Shown here: positions 50,558 to 64,000 of the stretch, piece after piece | Layout of the letters: each line of letters begins with the position of its first letter | Numbering within the stretch: the stretch's first letter is position 1 | Origin: Octopus sinensis | Lineage: Eukaryota | Length of the DNA: 64,000 bases | Direction of reading: 5' to 3' | Assembly (NCBI RefSeq): GCF_006345805.1 | Contig: NC_043007.1 | Coordinates: 60,202,001 to 60,266,000 of the forward strand | Translations under genes and position numbers: made by a program | Notes under the pieces: generated by a model | The model's input: only the letters and a program-made list of their open reading frames with translations | Database searches by the model: none | What the model was told of the DNA's origin: nothing

Positions 50558-52859
50558 TGTGAAAGAAAGGATATATGAGAGCCAGAAATCAAAGAAGGGA
50601 CACTAATAAAAACATTGGTGTCCTTAGTGTGTATAAGATACACACACAATGGTGCCACATAAAAAGCACCCTGTACATTCTGTAAAGTGATTGGCATTAG
50701 GAAGGGCATCCAACTGTAGAAACCATTCCAAAATGGACTATGGAACCCAGAGCAGTTCCTGGCCTTGACAGTATGGAAAATGGATGTTAAATGATAATGA
50801 TGACATATACACACATGTATATATGTGTGTGTATGTGTACATATATAAAACCAGGTTATCCCCTGCAACTACAGTATTTACTTTTAACCCACTTACATTA
50901 CAGTATAACAACACAATGTCATGTCTGATTCAAACAAATGCAAAGCATACATCCTTAGCAAAGTAGTTATATAGACCAGCAATTCACTATATCTAACAAT
51001 GTATTGGATTGTCATTATACTCTTGTTAAACACCAAATAATTAGACTAACACATGCCTTTCAAATCCACTTTGTGTTCTTGTAGTGGCCACCACTTTAAA
51101 TTCTTGAACTGGGTTGGTAAATTAAAAATAATATGTTGTCACACTACACTCCACAGAGCCATGCACTTCAAATGGTGTAGGATATCAAAATAAAGCATTT
51201 GTTTTGTTTTCTAGACACTCTATGAGTGGGTTGACTGCCTACCATTAAATCTTGCATATTTGTGGTATGGATCTTTCTCAGCAAGTAGAACTACCAAGCT
51301 ATCCTGAGATGTTAAACAACAAAGTCAGTTCTGGGCTCAAAATTCTGGAAGACCAAGAAAGATGAAAATGAAACAAATTGACATACATCATATGTAATTT
51401 AAATTGAGAGTAAACAAGCACTGCTTTGTGGATAAATTACACCTATTTTATGTTTATAAACAATAACTTTGTAATAGTTTGCAGTACATCATGAGTTAAC
51501 ATTATTGGTAGATTCCTGAAAATGGTGACTATAAGTGATACATTGCTGTGACAAAAAGGAAAATAAGACCAAGTTAGAATAAATGTTGATAATCATCACT
51601 TGCACACTAAGCATAGTGATGTACTTTTATACTACATTTTTCTTTTACACTTTTTTCATTTTTTTAAATTCTTTTCGACAACATTTTGAAAATATGAAAC
51701 TGAATACAGGAAAATTTGTTAAAACTGAAAAATATTTAGTAATGTCATTATATTTAGGCATTAAACTTCAATAAGAAATTGAATTACAAATTAAGAGTGT
51801 CTGAGTAGTTAAATTCTAAAGATACATCATGGGTTTAATTCTGCTAGAAATTACCGATTTTAAAATTTGTAGAGAGTAAAAATTCTTAGCATCCCATACA
51901 AACTTGTCATTTTCAGTACCATAACATATTACAAATTTTTTTTTTTAAATTACAAAATACTCAGCCATTGATACAATTTTTACCTAGTTCAAGTAAATTT
52001 GATACCAATCTGCAGAGGTACATTAGTAATGAGCCAATGAATAGCTTTTATGTATTCACTTAACCTGTGAGAAACAGCAGCCAAATTTTCCTCAAACTAC
52101 ACCTTACAGTCTTGAATAGGAAGAATATTTTGGGTAATGCACTCGTAAATACGCAAGTAAAGGAGAAGGGTTTTAGTTAGAACACATTTGATCACAAGTC
52201 TACTTAGGACTGATTTCAGGCAATGACAACTGCATCAGTTTTTCTTAGAATATACCAATTCTGCTTACCCTAGCAACAACTCTCTTTTCTTTTTCCTTGT
52301 CACCAGCCACTTAAAATACAATCTCTAGGGATCAGTGCTATAATTCATTAACTGACTTCTATTCACATACTGTAGTTATGGATAACAAACACAGTGAGGC
52401 GAAGTCTACAACATTAAAACTTTATGCACTACATGACCATGTCACGAAAAAAATATATACCCACTGACAATCAAAACCTGTTATATGACAATAAAATAAA
52501 AAAAATTTATGAAATATGGAAGAATGTGCAATAATTTCAAACTAGACTTAATTCTCAGTCTCCAAGTCGTTCAAATATACATCTGCTCAAATTGGACAGA
52601 CAGAGGACATTTAACAATGCAGTTATTAGTCTCACTGTGGCAGCAGAAGAGGATATCTTGGAAAATATTAAATTTTAAGGCTTCTTGCTATTGTTTATAC
52701 TTATTCTCTTGATTAAATAATATTGGTTTGTAATAAAGATTATCTTAAAATGAAGTGGATTTATCAATTACATGCTGTAGCAACTGTTCTTAAACCAACT
52801 GGTACTATCTGTTTCTCAAGGTCATAAGCTACACCCCTAGTGTAATCCAATGAAATATT

Positions 52860-53077
52860 GGTTTCAAATTTTGGCACAAGGCCAGCAATTTTGAGAGAGC
52901 AGGTAAGTTGATTACATCAACCCCATTACTCAACTGGTTCTTATTTTATTGACCCCAAAAGGATGAAACACAAAGTCGACCTCAGTCGAATTTAAACTCA
53001 GAATGTAGAGATAATGGAAATGCCACTAAGTATTTTGTCTGGCATGGTAACAATTCTATTAGCTTGCCACCTTAATT
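52860..53077 (-). mobile_element. SINE family C with 12-bp TSD
   Basis: CAATGAAATATT at 52848-52859 and 53078-53089. Confidence 0.85.
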
Positions 53078-55479
53078 CAATGAAATATTAACTGAAAGTC
53101 ATGTTTAAAGGTGCTACTCTAAATAGTGTGATCTGCCTTCCATTTACCAAATTCAAAAACTGTGCTGACTTTAGAATCATTACAAAAAACTTGATTCCTT
53201 CTCCTCAGCTTACTTAAAGCTCACTGTTGAATTGTTGCAAGCACTGCTTTGTTCTGGACCTAGAGGGTTTTCCCATGATAATATGGGTAAAACATATCCA
53301 AACTTCAAAAGCTATACATATGGTCTGTTACTAACTATCAAATGGTACAATGTTTAGTATCTTGTCTATAGTTCTTCACACTGTAGTAAAAGCAGTTAGG
53401 AGTATTGCCTCTGTGTTACTGCATGTGCATATGTTTTACAGCTGAAAAAGAAAAAAGATATCTATGCACACAAGGTTTTCAAGATGAAATTGGTTTTTTC
53501 ATTGCAGAAATTTGAACAAATGTTACTCAGATGGGTGTGCACATACTTTGCAAAGAAAGACAATTTGCATACAATGCAAATTTCTATGTACGACCCACAA
53601 CAACAATTTAAAGGACACTTGTGCTGGGTATCCTAAATGACTTCGCACTCTTGAGAAACAGTTACTGACTTAATAGGAGGCATCAATGTATCTTCTTTCA
53701 TATAATCCCCAATTAGATCAGCTGTTACCAAATTTTGATTAAAGAATAGCAGTAGCTCATATAGGCTCCTATTGATATATCTAAATTCTATTTCAATTAT
53801 ACATAACCTTGCTTCATAACAATGTAACTTTCTTCTCCACCTGTAGAATTATGAGAAACCTTAATATCACAATGTCCTATGAAATACTTCTCTGAACTAA
53901 AGGATAATTTGGAAGACAGTCTCTTTCTCTGTAACTAATTTTGTTTAGTGTTATGCCACCTCAGGCTTCATTTCTTCAAGTCTAGACTCTTCCTTCAATT
54001 CCTCTGGTCTGTTTTCATTGTGGTGAATCAGTCATAGAACATACTCACCCAGTATGTATCATACCTGTATGCATTTTATTTTATGCATTGATACCCTTGT
54101 GTTCATACTTTGATATTATTTGACGATAGCTAAACAGTATTTTGCACTAAGCAATTCCAAGCTGTAATCTACCTCTCTGCCCATACTTTATAGGAGGCCA
54201 TACAAAAGTTGTTCACAAAAGCATCCCTCTGCTCCCTTATTTTCCTCCTAGTTGTGATAACTCTAGTTACTTTTGCATTAGCAGCCAGGACTTGCTAGAT
54301 ATTCTTTTATTTTGGAGGACCATTTCTAATTATATAAACGTGTGTGTGTAAAACACTAAATATACAGTGTTACACACGCATACACACACAAATATGTGTT
54401 TCATATATTATCTTTTTTACCCTTTTTATATGTTTCTGTATTTAAAGGGAAGTCATTCTATTTGTACTTTCACTCAAGATGTGAATGAATTTAAAAAAGG
54501 AAATTTGCTTTGAATGTAACTATGTTTTTGAAGTTCTGTATCTTAATAACTCACTCTTACATTCACTTACATAAAATTCCATTTTTTACAATTAGCAGTC
54601 ATTTTACTCTTTTGAATGGTTTATCTTTGCATTTGAAATAAATTTGCTCAAAAATTGCTTTGAAATTGTAGCATAATTTAATCTTCCTATTTAACTGGAA
54701 TTACTTATGTAAAAGTTAAATTGTCAACTTTTAAATTTTGTTTCTCTTATGATCTACTTATTTGATTCTATTAGAAAAGTTAGATATAAAGCTACCTGTC
54801 TGATTTATTCAAGAGCTCTCTTGAAAATTAAATCAATGTTGTCATTGTTTTCCTGCTTTTTATGTGATGAGAAATCTGCATCCAGATTTAGTAGAGCAGA
54901 CAGGAAGGAGAGCGGCATTGAAAAGCCTTTGCTTCAGTGCTGTCACCCTCTGTTACTTTTAATGCATTTCCTTTGTTTACCTGCTTTTGGTGGGAGTGGG
55001 ACTCCCTTTAAATCCAATTAGCATTTAAATAATAATTATTCTATTTTAAAAATTTTATCAATATTTCAAAACCAGTAGTATAGAATGGCAGAAGCAATAG
55101 AGTAAGTATTAGAATAAATTATTTCAGTATTTGATTTCATTCATATATTTACTAAGTTCAAACCCTACTGAGGATAATTTTGCCATTCATTCCACAGAGT
55201 AATTGTTGTTTGACTCCAGATTAGCCTTGCAGACCTATGATCCAAACTGTTCCAGCTATAAAAATCTTATTTCTTTTCTTTTTTTTTCTTTTGCAAACAA
55301 TCTATTCTTTGCTGGCACAGGTCAAACAGTTCAACCTGATTCAACAAGCTGGAGCGTTGACAGGTTTTCTACAACAGCATGCCCTTCCTAATGCCAGCCA
55401 CTTTATAAAAGTGTACTGTGTGCTTTTTTTTTTTTCCTTATCCTTTTTTCGAGGGCAGTTTATATCAAGTTGAGTGGCT

Positions 55480-55995
55480 CCATAATGGCTCACTTGTTGA
55501 CAAAATAAGCATCAGACATGGGGCAAAGTGGTGAAGCATTATCTTCAAACTTTGAGCCTCACAGGGGCAATGACTAGTGACCAAGACCTTTGACAATATG
55601 CTGTGCTTGAGAAGACGTATCAAGCCAAGTGAAATTGTGGTCATGGCTGATGTTGGTGTCATGTAACTGGCACCCATGCTGATGGCACATAAAGAGCACC
55701 GTTGGAGCATTGGGCCTCACGAAGGTAAAATGGCTGAGTTCCCTTCAACCATTGGGACTCATGGAGGCAAAATTGAAGTCATGGCAGATACTGGTGTCAC
55801 GCAAATGGCACCTGTATTGGTGGCACATAAAAGCACCCACTACACTTTTAGAGTGGTTGGTGTTAGGAAGGGCATCCATCTATAGAAAACCATGCCAAAT
55901 CAGACTGGAGTCTGGTGCAGCCTTCCAGCTTACCAGCCCTGGTCAAACCATCCAACCCATTCCAGCATGGTCAACAGATGTTAAATGATGATGAA
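55480..55995 (+). mobile_element. 5'-truncated RTE LINE (ORF end, 3'UTR and (GAT)n tail)
   Basis: TWGKVVKHYLQTLSLTGAMTSDQDL*QYAVLEKT, followed by the same 3'UTR as 13001-13630. Confidence 0.8.
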
Positions 55996-57791
55996 TTACA
56001 TTATTCAATGTGTTCTTTTTTCATTTGAACAGTAGGCTATGATTGACTCATGATTGATATCAGTATTACTGAGTGATAGTGTTGGTCGGAAGTATAAAAT
56101 TCTAGTTTTGGTTAAGAACTAATTCTAGCCTCTGGTTGAGATGCCATAGTTTAATTAAGGCTTTATGTTAAAGCCCCGAGAAAACAGATTTTATAATTCA
56201 AATTAATTATTATGATGACTTTTAATGTATTCTCTTCATATCCAGAAATCAAGATATAAAGAACATTTCATATAAGACAAAATAGCCACATTGTTATAGT
56301 GTTAAGGAGAAAGCCCATTTGTCATTAAGACTTTTCCATCTCATTATTTGATATAATTAAGCAAAAGCACAGCCTTCACAATATCATACTGTGCTTCCAA
56401 TTATTTGGGCCAGTTATTCATACCATATTTTCAACATTAAATCTTATGCTTGATTCAGATGCCAAAAACACAAAAATGTCCATATTCAACTGTTCTGAAT
56501 ATTAAACTAGTTAAATTACAATGCATAAGTTTTGCTTGTTATTAGTGGCAAAATTGGGAGATTACTGGATATCATAACTTGTTATGTCTCTTAATGTTCT
56601 AAGGTCAAATCCCACTGTAGTTGCCTCTGCCGATCATTCCTTCAAAGTTGTTGAGTACCACTAACATACTGAGTATTGATTCTTATAACCCATGTGGTTG
56701 TACCAGTGTTAGAAACAAGTAATCCCTAAGTAGACACATAAATATTCATTGCTATAAACAGTTATTTCTAATTCTTCATACCCACCTAGAAGGGAGTGTA
56801 TACAGTTCACTTATTGTTAGTTAGCCACAAGTCAACTTTGAGCAAGCAGACAACCTTCAGGACTCGAAAATTCTAAATTTAATGTACTGTATCAAAGGTG
56901 TATTTACAAAGCGACTTACATTATTGATAAGTCTTATAAAACCCAATGCAGTTTAGAATATTGTGGATGCATAGATATGAGCAAAATAAATCATGGCATA
57001 AAGCTGAGATAAATGCAAATTGTTTGGAATATATTCAGTGCACCCCATCTAATCTAAACCCATTACTGATTTTCTATTACCTGAGATTTTTACCAGATGG
57101 TCCACTATTCAGAAAGACCAGATTTATATCAAAACAATAAGATGGCTCTCTTTTCAAACAAATTTTACTGCACACTGAATGGGCTCCTCATATTGACTTA
57201 GTAACTATTTTCTTCTAATATTTATGAACACATATTTGATTTTACTGTAGTATCAATTTGTGGCAAACAATTAACATGCATTTTATTATTAATTAAATAG
57301 AAGTCACTGTTTCAATAACAGTTAAAGGTCAACTGTGTGAAAGGGGTGAGGGGGTGGGGTTATTTATACCATTGTTATTGCTGCCATCCGTTTCTATTAA
57401 TACAGCGAGGTACAAAAGTGTTCACTTGTAGAATCCAAAACTTAGTCAAGCGCAATCATTCCATCACTTCTGGAGAGCAAGTTTAATATCATTATAAGTT
57501 TGTTTGGTAAGTTGTTTTTATGCATATTTTCTATTTCTTTGATGTGTAAGTCTAAGCTCCCAGTGTTACTACTTTGTCATCGCTCTATATTTCAGTTTAA
57601 AAACAATATATTTAAACTCAATACTTTCTCTATAGTAAAATTACCTGTTTCTGAACTGAGAAACATGAAAGGAATGATAGATAAAATCCTCTCTGGCCAT
57701 GCTAATAATCTATGTAATCAGACCTACCCTAGCATCTGGGTGAATTTCAACTACTTTCTCAGAAACTAAACAATATCTACATCACCTGTCT

Positions 57792-57826
<35 letters not shown>

Positions 57827-58039
57827 CAAAATTCAATGCTCCAAAGATGTCTTTTTCCAATTCTTTATCCATTTCTATTTTGTATAGTTCTCATTTAAAA
57901 ATCTCATCTCATTAAGGGAAAAATAGTATTGAGAACAAATTGAAGCATAGTGAAATTGGGTTTTCTTTTTTTCAACTAAATGATTTTCTTTGGATGAAGT
58001 ATTTGCTCTTCTAGAATAATAAATAACAAAAATTGCTTG

Positions 58040-58268
58040 TTAACCCATTTGTTACCAACCTGGCTGAAACCGGCTCTGATTCTGTAGTACAAATGTTTTG
58101 TTCTCATAAGTTTTGAATTGAAATCTTTCACCAAACCTTAGTTACAATTTATGTTCCTAACACTAGCTTAATGATAACTAAGTTATTTTACTAAATTCTT
58201 TGTTATATATAAAATAATGGAAAGAAACACAGAACATCTCAACATAAATATGGTAACAAAAGGGTTAA
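58040..58268. mobile_element. piggyBac-type MITE
   Basis: TTAA|CCCATTTGTTAC ... GGTAACAAAAGGG|TTAA. Same TIR type as the 47145 element. Confidence 0.85.
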
Positions 58269-59795
58269 GCATGTAAGTGTAAAAATTGCCATTTACTCGA
58301 AATATTTTCACATCTATTCAGTTTAATTTAGCTGTTTGTTTTTAATTTTAGAGTTATTAATTTTTTTTTTTTTTTAAATACTATCATCACCATCCTGATT
58401 TCTGATTCGTAAGTGTTTTCTTGTTATCAAACTCAGAGAAAGTCATCAGTTACAACATTTTCTCCATTTTGGCCTACTTAGATTGGATTTGCACTATCCT
58501 ATTATAATGAACTGTTAGACTAAAAGCTCATTTCTCCAATTGATAGCCAATCAATATCTTTACCACCCACATGACTCTTTTTTAGTTAAGATAGTTTTTA
58601 GCTTATGTTCTCCTCAGATTTCTGACAACTTATTGTTTTCAGATATTATCTTTAACTCAATGAATCGAAAAATAAATCCATATTGATTTTGGGATTTCAA
58701 CATTTCCTCTGTTTCAGTATTGTTTTTATTATTATCATTACTCTTGTTTCCTTTTGTTTTTTTGCTTTGCTTTGTTAAATGTAAGCAATGTATGTGTGTG
58801 ACCTTTTGGTCAGAACTGGTATAATCTGATTTACTTTTGTTCATCTTTCTCTTTTACACACACACACTCTCTCTCTCTCTCTCTTTCTGTGAGTGTGCTA
58901 TATATGAATGTAGGTGTGTGTTCGTAATATACATCTTTGTTATATATATTTACACATATAGTCATCATCTTCATCATTCTAATGTTTAATTTTCCATGAT
59001 TGCATGGATCAGATGAGAGTATGTTGTGGACAGTTTCCTGTGACCAGACACCCTTCCTGTCTTCAACTCCAATTCATTTGCAAGCGAGATAATCTCCCAA
59101 TTTATTGCACAACAAACAGTGATATCACCCTGTTACCAAATACTGTGAAAATGCCTGGATGGACATCCTTTTGTGATTGGCAGTAGCAAAGTTAATTTTC
59201 ACAACACAAATGAAGTTGAAGGGAATGCAAACTCACTTGTGCACACACACACACACACAAATGTGCTTGTGAATCGGTGATCATGTCTACAAGTGATGGT
59301 GTGCATGAGTCTAGTGCGAGTGAAAGGGATATGGGAAACGCTTATAATAATATTTTTCTTTTGCATAAGATATTGTTTACATTGTACTTTTATTTTATTA
59401 CCATTTATTTATGAGTATTATAAATTTCATAGGTAAAATATTTTTCCGAGAATGAATTATGATTTATAGCATTGCTACTATGGGAAATTATTGCCTTGCT
59501 TTACAAGTTTTTGCTTTATGAACAGTCCCCAGGAACAAATCAACTTGAATATCAAGGCATCACTGTATGTATGTATATATAATGCTCGAAATACGAGACT
59601 AGAAAAACAACCAACAACTGATGAAGGGTCATTCTTTATGCTGCTTGTTTTGTTTTCCAGTTGTGTCTTTCGTTGTTTGAAAAAATAGTTCATGTTCCAT
59701 GTACTCGTGCTTTGTATCATATTGGTGTACACGTTTCATGGCATCCTGTGCCCACATCATCATCATCATCATCGTTATGCATACATATATATATC

Positions 59796-59828
<33 letters not shown>

Positions 59829-59847
59829 AGAAGTATGTACATATGTG

Positions 59848-59902
<55 letters not shown>

Positions 59903-59989
59903 AATGTGTGTGTGTGTGTATTCATTAGAAAAACCGATATAGTTTTATAGAATTTGGTACTCATATTCATACATACACATAGCAAAAGA

Positions 59990-60890
59990 TTATTCAATGA
60001 AACCACCATCAGCCTCAGTTATTGCCTAGATACGGCTTCTAAAATGACTAAATGTGTTGATCAGATGATCTTTATTCATGTTGACCATAACATCCCCTAT
60101 AGCAGACATCAGTGAGTCATTGGTTTTGTGTGCCTACTTGTTGGTTTCCCTCTGAAAATATTCCACATGTAGTAGCCTATGGGGTTTAAATTAGGAGAGC
60201 TAGGAGGCCAAATGTTAAGGTAAGATGATCATGAAAATTTTCAGCCATCCAATCTTTGACATTGGAGGCTGTGAGAGGGAACATGTATGACCTCCTCTAA
60301 GCAACTCTTTTGATCCAGGGCTTCACAACCATCTCCATTCTCTCAATGTAGGCTCCCTGCATTGACCCTAAGATCTTGCAAGACAAGGAATGGAGGCATG
60401 ACGTGGCCCTTACAGCTCACAAGCCCCGAAACCACCACAGACGATGGGAACTTGGTGTGCATAACGGTGGAAAGTTCAGTGAGGTTGATGCAGAGTAATC
60501 TGTCATTCTACCTGTTCACTTTTTGATCTCGGACAAAGTTCTTTTCAGAACCAGAGCTTGCCCACCTCAGGGTGCTTGAATTTGTTCAGCAAATGCTTCA
60601 ACCGGATTACATGGTTCTCCTTGGTCATTTTTGACTTTAGCTACCCTCTTCCCATAACATAGGATTTGTGCATTATATCTAATTGCTGATGATGCCCTGG
60701 ACTTGGTGGACAAACTCAACTTTTTTGACAGTGTTTGATCATCAAGAATGTTTTGTTTACTTTTGGCCATGAAAGGCACATTGTCACCAGATGCCTAGAG
60801 CTCTTTTCTTATTTGAAACATGAAGGATCTGATGACATTTAAGGTTGCAGACAGCTAAGGCAACAAGAGTGGCATGCCCTTTCATCATTT
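59990..60890 (-). pseudogene. Decayed Tc1/mariner transposase, maT-like (DD37D group by motif resemblance)
   Basis: Fragments RSFMFQIRKEL, EFVHQVQGII, RLKHLLNKFKHPEVGKLWF, EKNFVRDQKVNR*NDR, VMHTKFPSSVVV, GHVMPPF, DWMAENFHDH, WPPSSPNLNPIGYYMW, ITEADGGFIE*. Many frameshifts; the second catalytic-D region is deleted. Confidence 0.8.
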
Positions 60891-61376
60891 GCATTAGATT
60901 CAAAGCTTCCGTGTTGGAGCTGAATAAGAAAGGATATTTAGTTAAGGCTTGGGCCACTTATGGCTCTTATAAATTTTGTTCTCAAGTAGCTGATGTATCC
61001 TGTGTATATAAGTACATACACACTTGCACATATATATAACACCATCATCATTACCAGTTAGCATCCATTTTCCTTGCTGGCATAGGTTGGATGGTTTCAC
61101 AGGATTCAGCAAGCCACAGGACTCTGCCTAGCTCTAGTGTAAGCTTTGGCAAGTTTTCTACATACCTCAAAGTAATTACTGGGTGCTTTTTTTTCATGCC
61201 ACCAGTACTAGTGAGGCCGCCAGGTAAGTTGCAAGGCTGAAAATAACAGGAAAGAGAAAGCCCTCATGACAATGTGTGTATGTGTGTGCATGTATACTTA
61301 TATATTTATGTGTAGGTATTTGTGTGTGTATTTATATGAATATTTGTATATTTGAACATATATGTGTGTGTGCATG

Positions 61377-61409
<33 letters not shown>

Positions 61410-61525
61410 TATTATATATATATATACACACACACACAAATGTGTGTGTGTGTGTATTCATTAGAAAAACCGATATAGTTTTATAGAATTTGGTACTCAT
61501 ATTCATACATACACATAGCAAAAGA

Positions 61526-62425
61526 TTATTCAATGAAACCACCATCAGCCTCAGTTATTGCCTAGATACGGCTTCTAAAATGACTAAATGTGTTGATCAG
61601 ATGATCTTTATTCATGTTGACCATAACATCCCCTATAGCAGACATCAGTGAGTCATTGGTTTTGTGTGCCTACTTGTTGGTTTCCCTCTGAAAATATTCC
61701 ACATGTAGTAGCCTATGGGGTTTAAATTAGGAGAGCTAGGAGGCCAAATGTTAAGGTAAGATGATCATGAAAATTTTCAGCCATCCAATCTTTGACATTG
61801 GAGGCTGTGAGAGGGAACATGTATGACCTCCTCTAAGCAACTCTTTTGATCCAGGGCTTCACAACCATCTCCATTCTCTCAATGTAGGCTCCTGCATTGA
61901 CCCTAAGATCTTGCAAGACAAGGAATGGAGGCATGACGTGGCCCTTACAGCTCACAAGCCCCGAAACCACCACAGACGATGGGAACTTGGTGTGCATAAC
62001 GGTGGAAAGTTCAGTGAGGTTGATGCAGAGTAATCTGTCATTCTACCTGTTCACTTTTTGATCTCGGACAAAGTTCTTTTCAGAACCAGAGCTTGCCCAC
62101 CTCAGGGTGCTTGAATTTGTTCAGCAAATGCTTCAACCGGATTACATGGTTCTCCTTGGTCATTTTTGACTTTAGCTACCCTCTTCCCATAACATAGGAT
62201 TTGTGCATTATATCTAATTGCTGATGATGCCCTGGACTTGGTGGACAAACTCAACTTTTTTGACAGTGTTTGATCATCAAGAATGTTTTGTTTACTTTTG
62301 GCCATGAAAGGCACATTGTCACCAGATGCCTAGAGCTCTTTTCTTATTTGAAACATGAAGGATCTGATGACATTTAAGGTTGCAGACAGCTAAGGCAACA
62401 AGAGTGGCATGCCCTTTCATCATTT
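61526..62425 (-). pseudogene. Second copy of the maT-like transposase remnant
   Basis: Duplicate of 59990-60890 within the tandem repeat. Confidence 0.8.
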
Positions 62426-62927
62426 GCATTAGATTCAAAGCTTCCGTGTTGGAGCGAATAAGAAAGGATATTTAGTTAAGGCTTGGGCCACTTATGGCTC
62501 TTATAAATTTTGTTCTCAAGTAGCTGATGTATCCTGTGTATATAAGTACATACACACTTGCACATATATATAACACCATCATCATTACCAGTTAGCATCC
62601 ATTTTCCTTGCTGGCATAGGTTGGATGGTTTCACAGGATTCAGCAAGCCACAGGACTCTGCCTAGCTCTAGTGTAAGCTTTGGCAAGTTTTCTACATACC
62701 TCAAAGTAATTACTGGGTGCTTTTTTTTCATGCCACCAGTACTAGTGAGGCCGCCAGGTAAGTTGCAAGGCTGAAAATAACAGGAAGAGAAAGCCCTCAT
62801 GACAATGTGTGTATGTGTGTGCATGTATACTTATATATTATGTGTAGGTATTTGTGTGTGTATTTATATGAATATTTGTATATTTGAACATATATGTGTG
62901 TGTGCATGTATATATATATATATATAT

Positions 62928-62972
<45 letters not shown>

Positions 62973-62976
<4 letters not shown>

Positions 62977-63859
62977 GGGTATCCCAAAAAATGTATATAC
63001 ATTATATATAGATAATTGTTAAGTAGGTGTTTATTAAAATACATTTCGTTTTCAAAATTTAATAGAATCTACAGACATTATTTTCTTGTTTTGTCAACAA
63101 CTGTTTTCTAACTGACGTCGTTCTGGTCCAGGCACTGCTGACAACATGAAGCAATGGAATTGCAACCATTACAAAACAATGTGTTTGGTATTTGTGTGCA
63201 TTCTCATTCAATGGCTGCTCTGAAATCAGCGACTGTTGCAGGTTTCATAGTGTAGACTTTGTCTTTTAGGTATCCCCATAAAAAAAGTCTAGTGGTGTGA
63301 GGTCTATTGAATGCGGAGGGTATTCAACCAAACCCCTTATCCAATCCACCAGTTTAGCAAGATCTCTTCAAAGAAGTTTCTAACATCACAGTAGTAGTGT
63401 GGGGGTGCCCCATCTTGCTGAAAACAAAACTCCTCATCGTCAAAGTCTTCTCTAATGTTTGGCATGACAGACTGTTGCAGCAAGTTCAAGTAAACGGGAC
63501 CAGTCACAGTAGCATCAAAAAAGAATGGTCCAGTTAATCTTCTTGATAAGACACGCCACACTGTAACTCCTGGTAAATTAACATGATGTTCCACCATAAC
63601 ATGCGGATTCTCAGATCCCCAGTTGGTGCAATTGTGGCAATTAATTGAACCATTTAATTTGAATGTGGCCTCATCACTCCACACAATCTTTGTTGGAAAA
63701 TGTGCATCTTCTACACATCATGCAACATACCACTCGCAATACTACACTCTCCGGTCTGGATCATCATCATTAATAGCATGGCCTAATCTTCGAATGTAAC
63801 TTTTCCATTGACAATGCTTCAAAATGCGTTGTAAAGACGATTTTAAAATACCCACATCC
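62973..63859 (-). mobile_element. Decayed rosa-type (DD41D) Tc1/mariner element, truncated by the assembly gap
   Basis: TIR-like CAGGGTATCCCAAAAAATGTATA at 62975. Minus translation [11 protein letters not shown]...[10 protein letters not shown]...WWIG.RGLVEYPPHSIDLTPLD.F.WGYLKDKVY (two 1-bp frameshifts). 41 residues between the QQD aspartate and the LTPLD aspartate. ORF remnant ends at ~63094. Confidence 0.85.
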
Positions 63860-63959
63860 NNNNNNNNNNNNNNNNNNNNNNNNNNNNNNNNNNNNNNNNN
63901 NNNNNNNNNNNNNNNNNNNNNNNNNNNNNNNNNNNNNNNNNNNNNNNNNNNNNNNNNNN
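63860..63959. other. Assembly gap (100 N)
   Basis: Seen directly. Confidence 1.
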
Positions 63960-64000
63960 ACATACAAACAGATGTAATACAGTATATCTTTGAAAGTGAG

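Larger units (their letters stand above)
59850..62972. repeat. Tandem duplication of a ~1535-bp unit bounded by (TA)n tracts
   Basis: Identical ORFs at 60567-60779 and 62102-62314. Junctions lie in (TA)n at ~59850-59890, ~61378-61425 and ~62908-62972. Confidence 0.95.

Noticed and set aside
59582-59630. GCTC-GAAA...CTGATGA-AGGG as a type II hammerhead
   Set aside because: No pairable stem III or stem II flanking the core segments.
59725-59770. Minus-strand ...GATGATG-TGGG...CCAT-GAAACGTGTA-CACC as a hammerhead
   Set aside because: C3/U4 and the 5' stem I strand are absent (replaced by (GAT)n) and stem II is poorly formed.

Overview
This is strongly AT-rich, repeat-dense eukaryotic DNA. The SINE and LINE families match ones I recall from octopod cephalopod (Octopus) genomes; this assignment is inferred from remembered repeat consensi, not from a search. 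No intact protein-coding gene is recognisable, and almost all listed ORFs are microsatellite read-throughs, antisense frames or transposon debris. The window holds two tRNA-type SINE families (several copies with clean target-site duplications), RTE-clade LINE fragments, a set of TTAA-flanked piggyBac-type MITEs and a deleted piggyBac with a transposase N-terminus. It also has a hAT-like MITE, a 73-bp mariner MITE, decayed maT-like and rosa-like (DD41D) Tc1/mariner transposases, and a few weak + strand exon candidates. The most interesting signal is a set of minimal type I hammerhead-ribozyme motifs with palindromic stem III. Two different ones lie in tandem on the - strand (5457-5725; predicted cuts 187 nt apart), a head-to-head pair sits inside a 256-bp palindrome (10567-10822), and a remnant lies at 33129-33170. 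There are also several local template-switch products: a ~540-bp foldback that splits a SINE (30570-31841), a 116-bp hairpin (38100-38215) and a duplicated segment carrying a 63-bp internal inversion (12106-12976). A 1.54-kb tandem duplication near the 100-N gap at the end looks like an assembly artefact.
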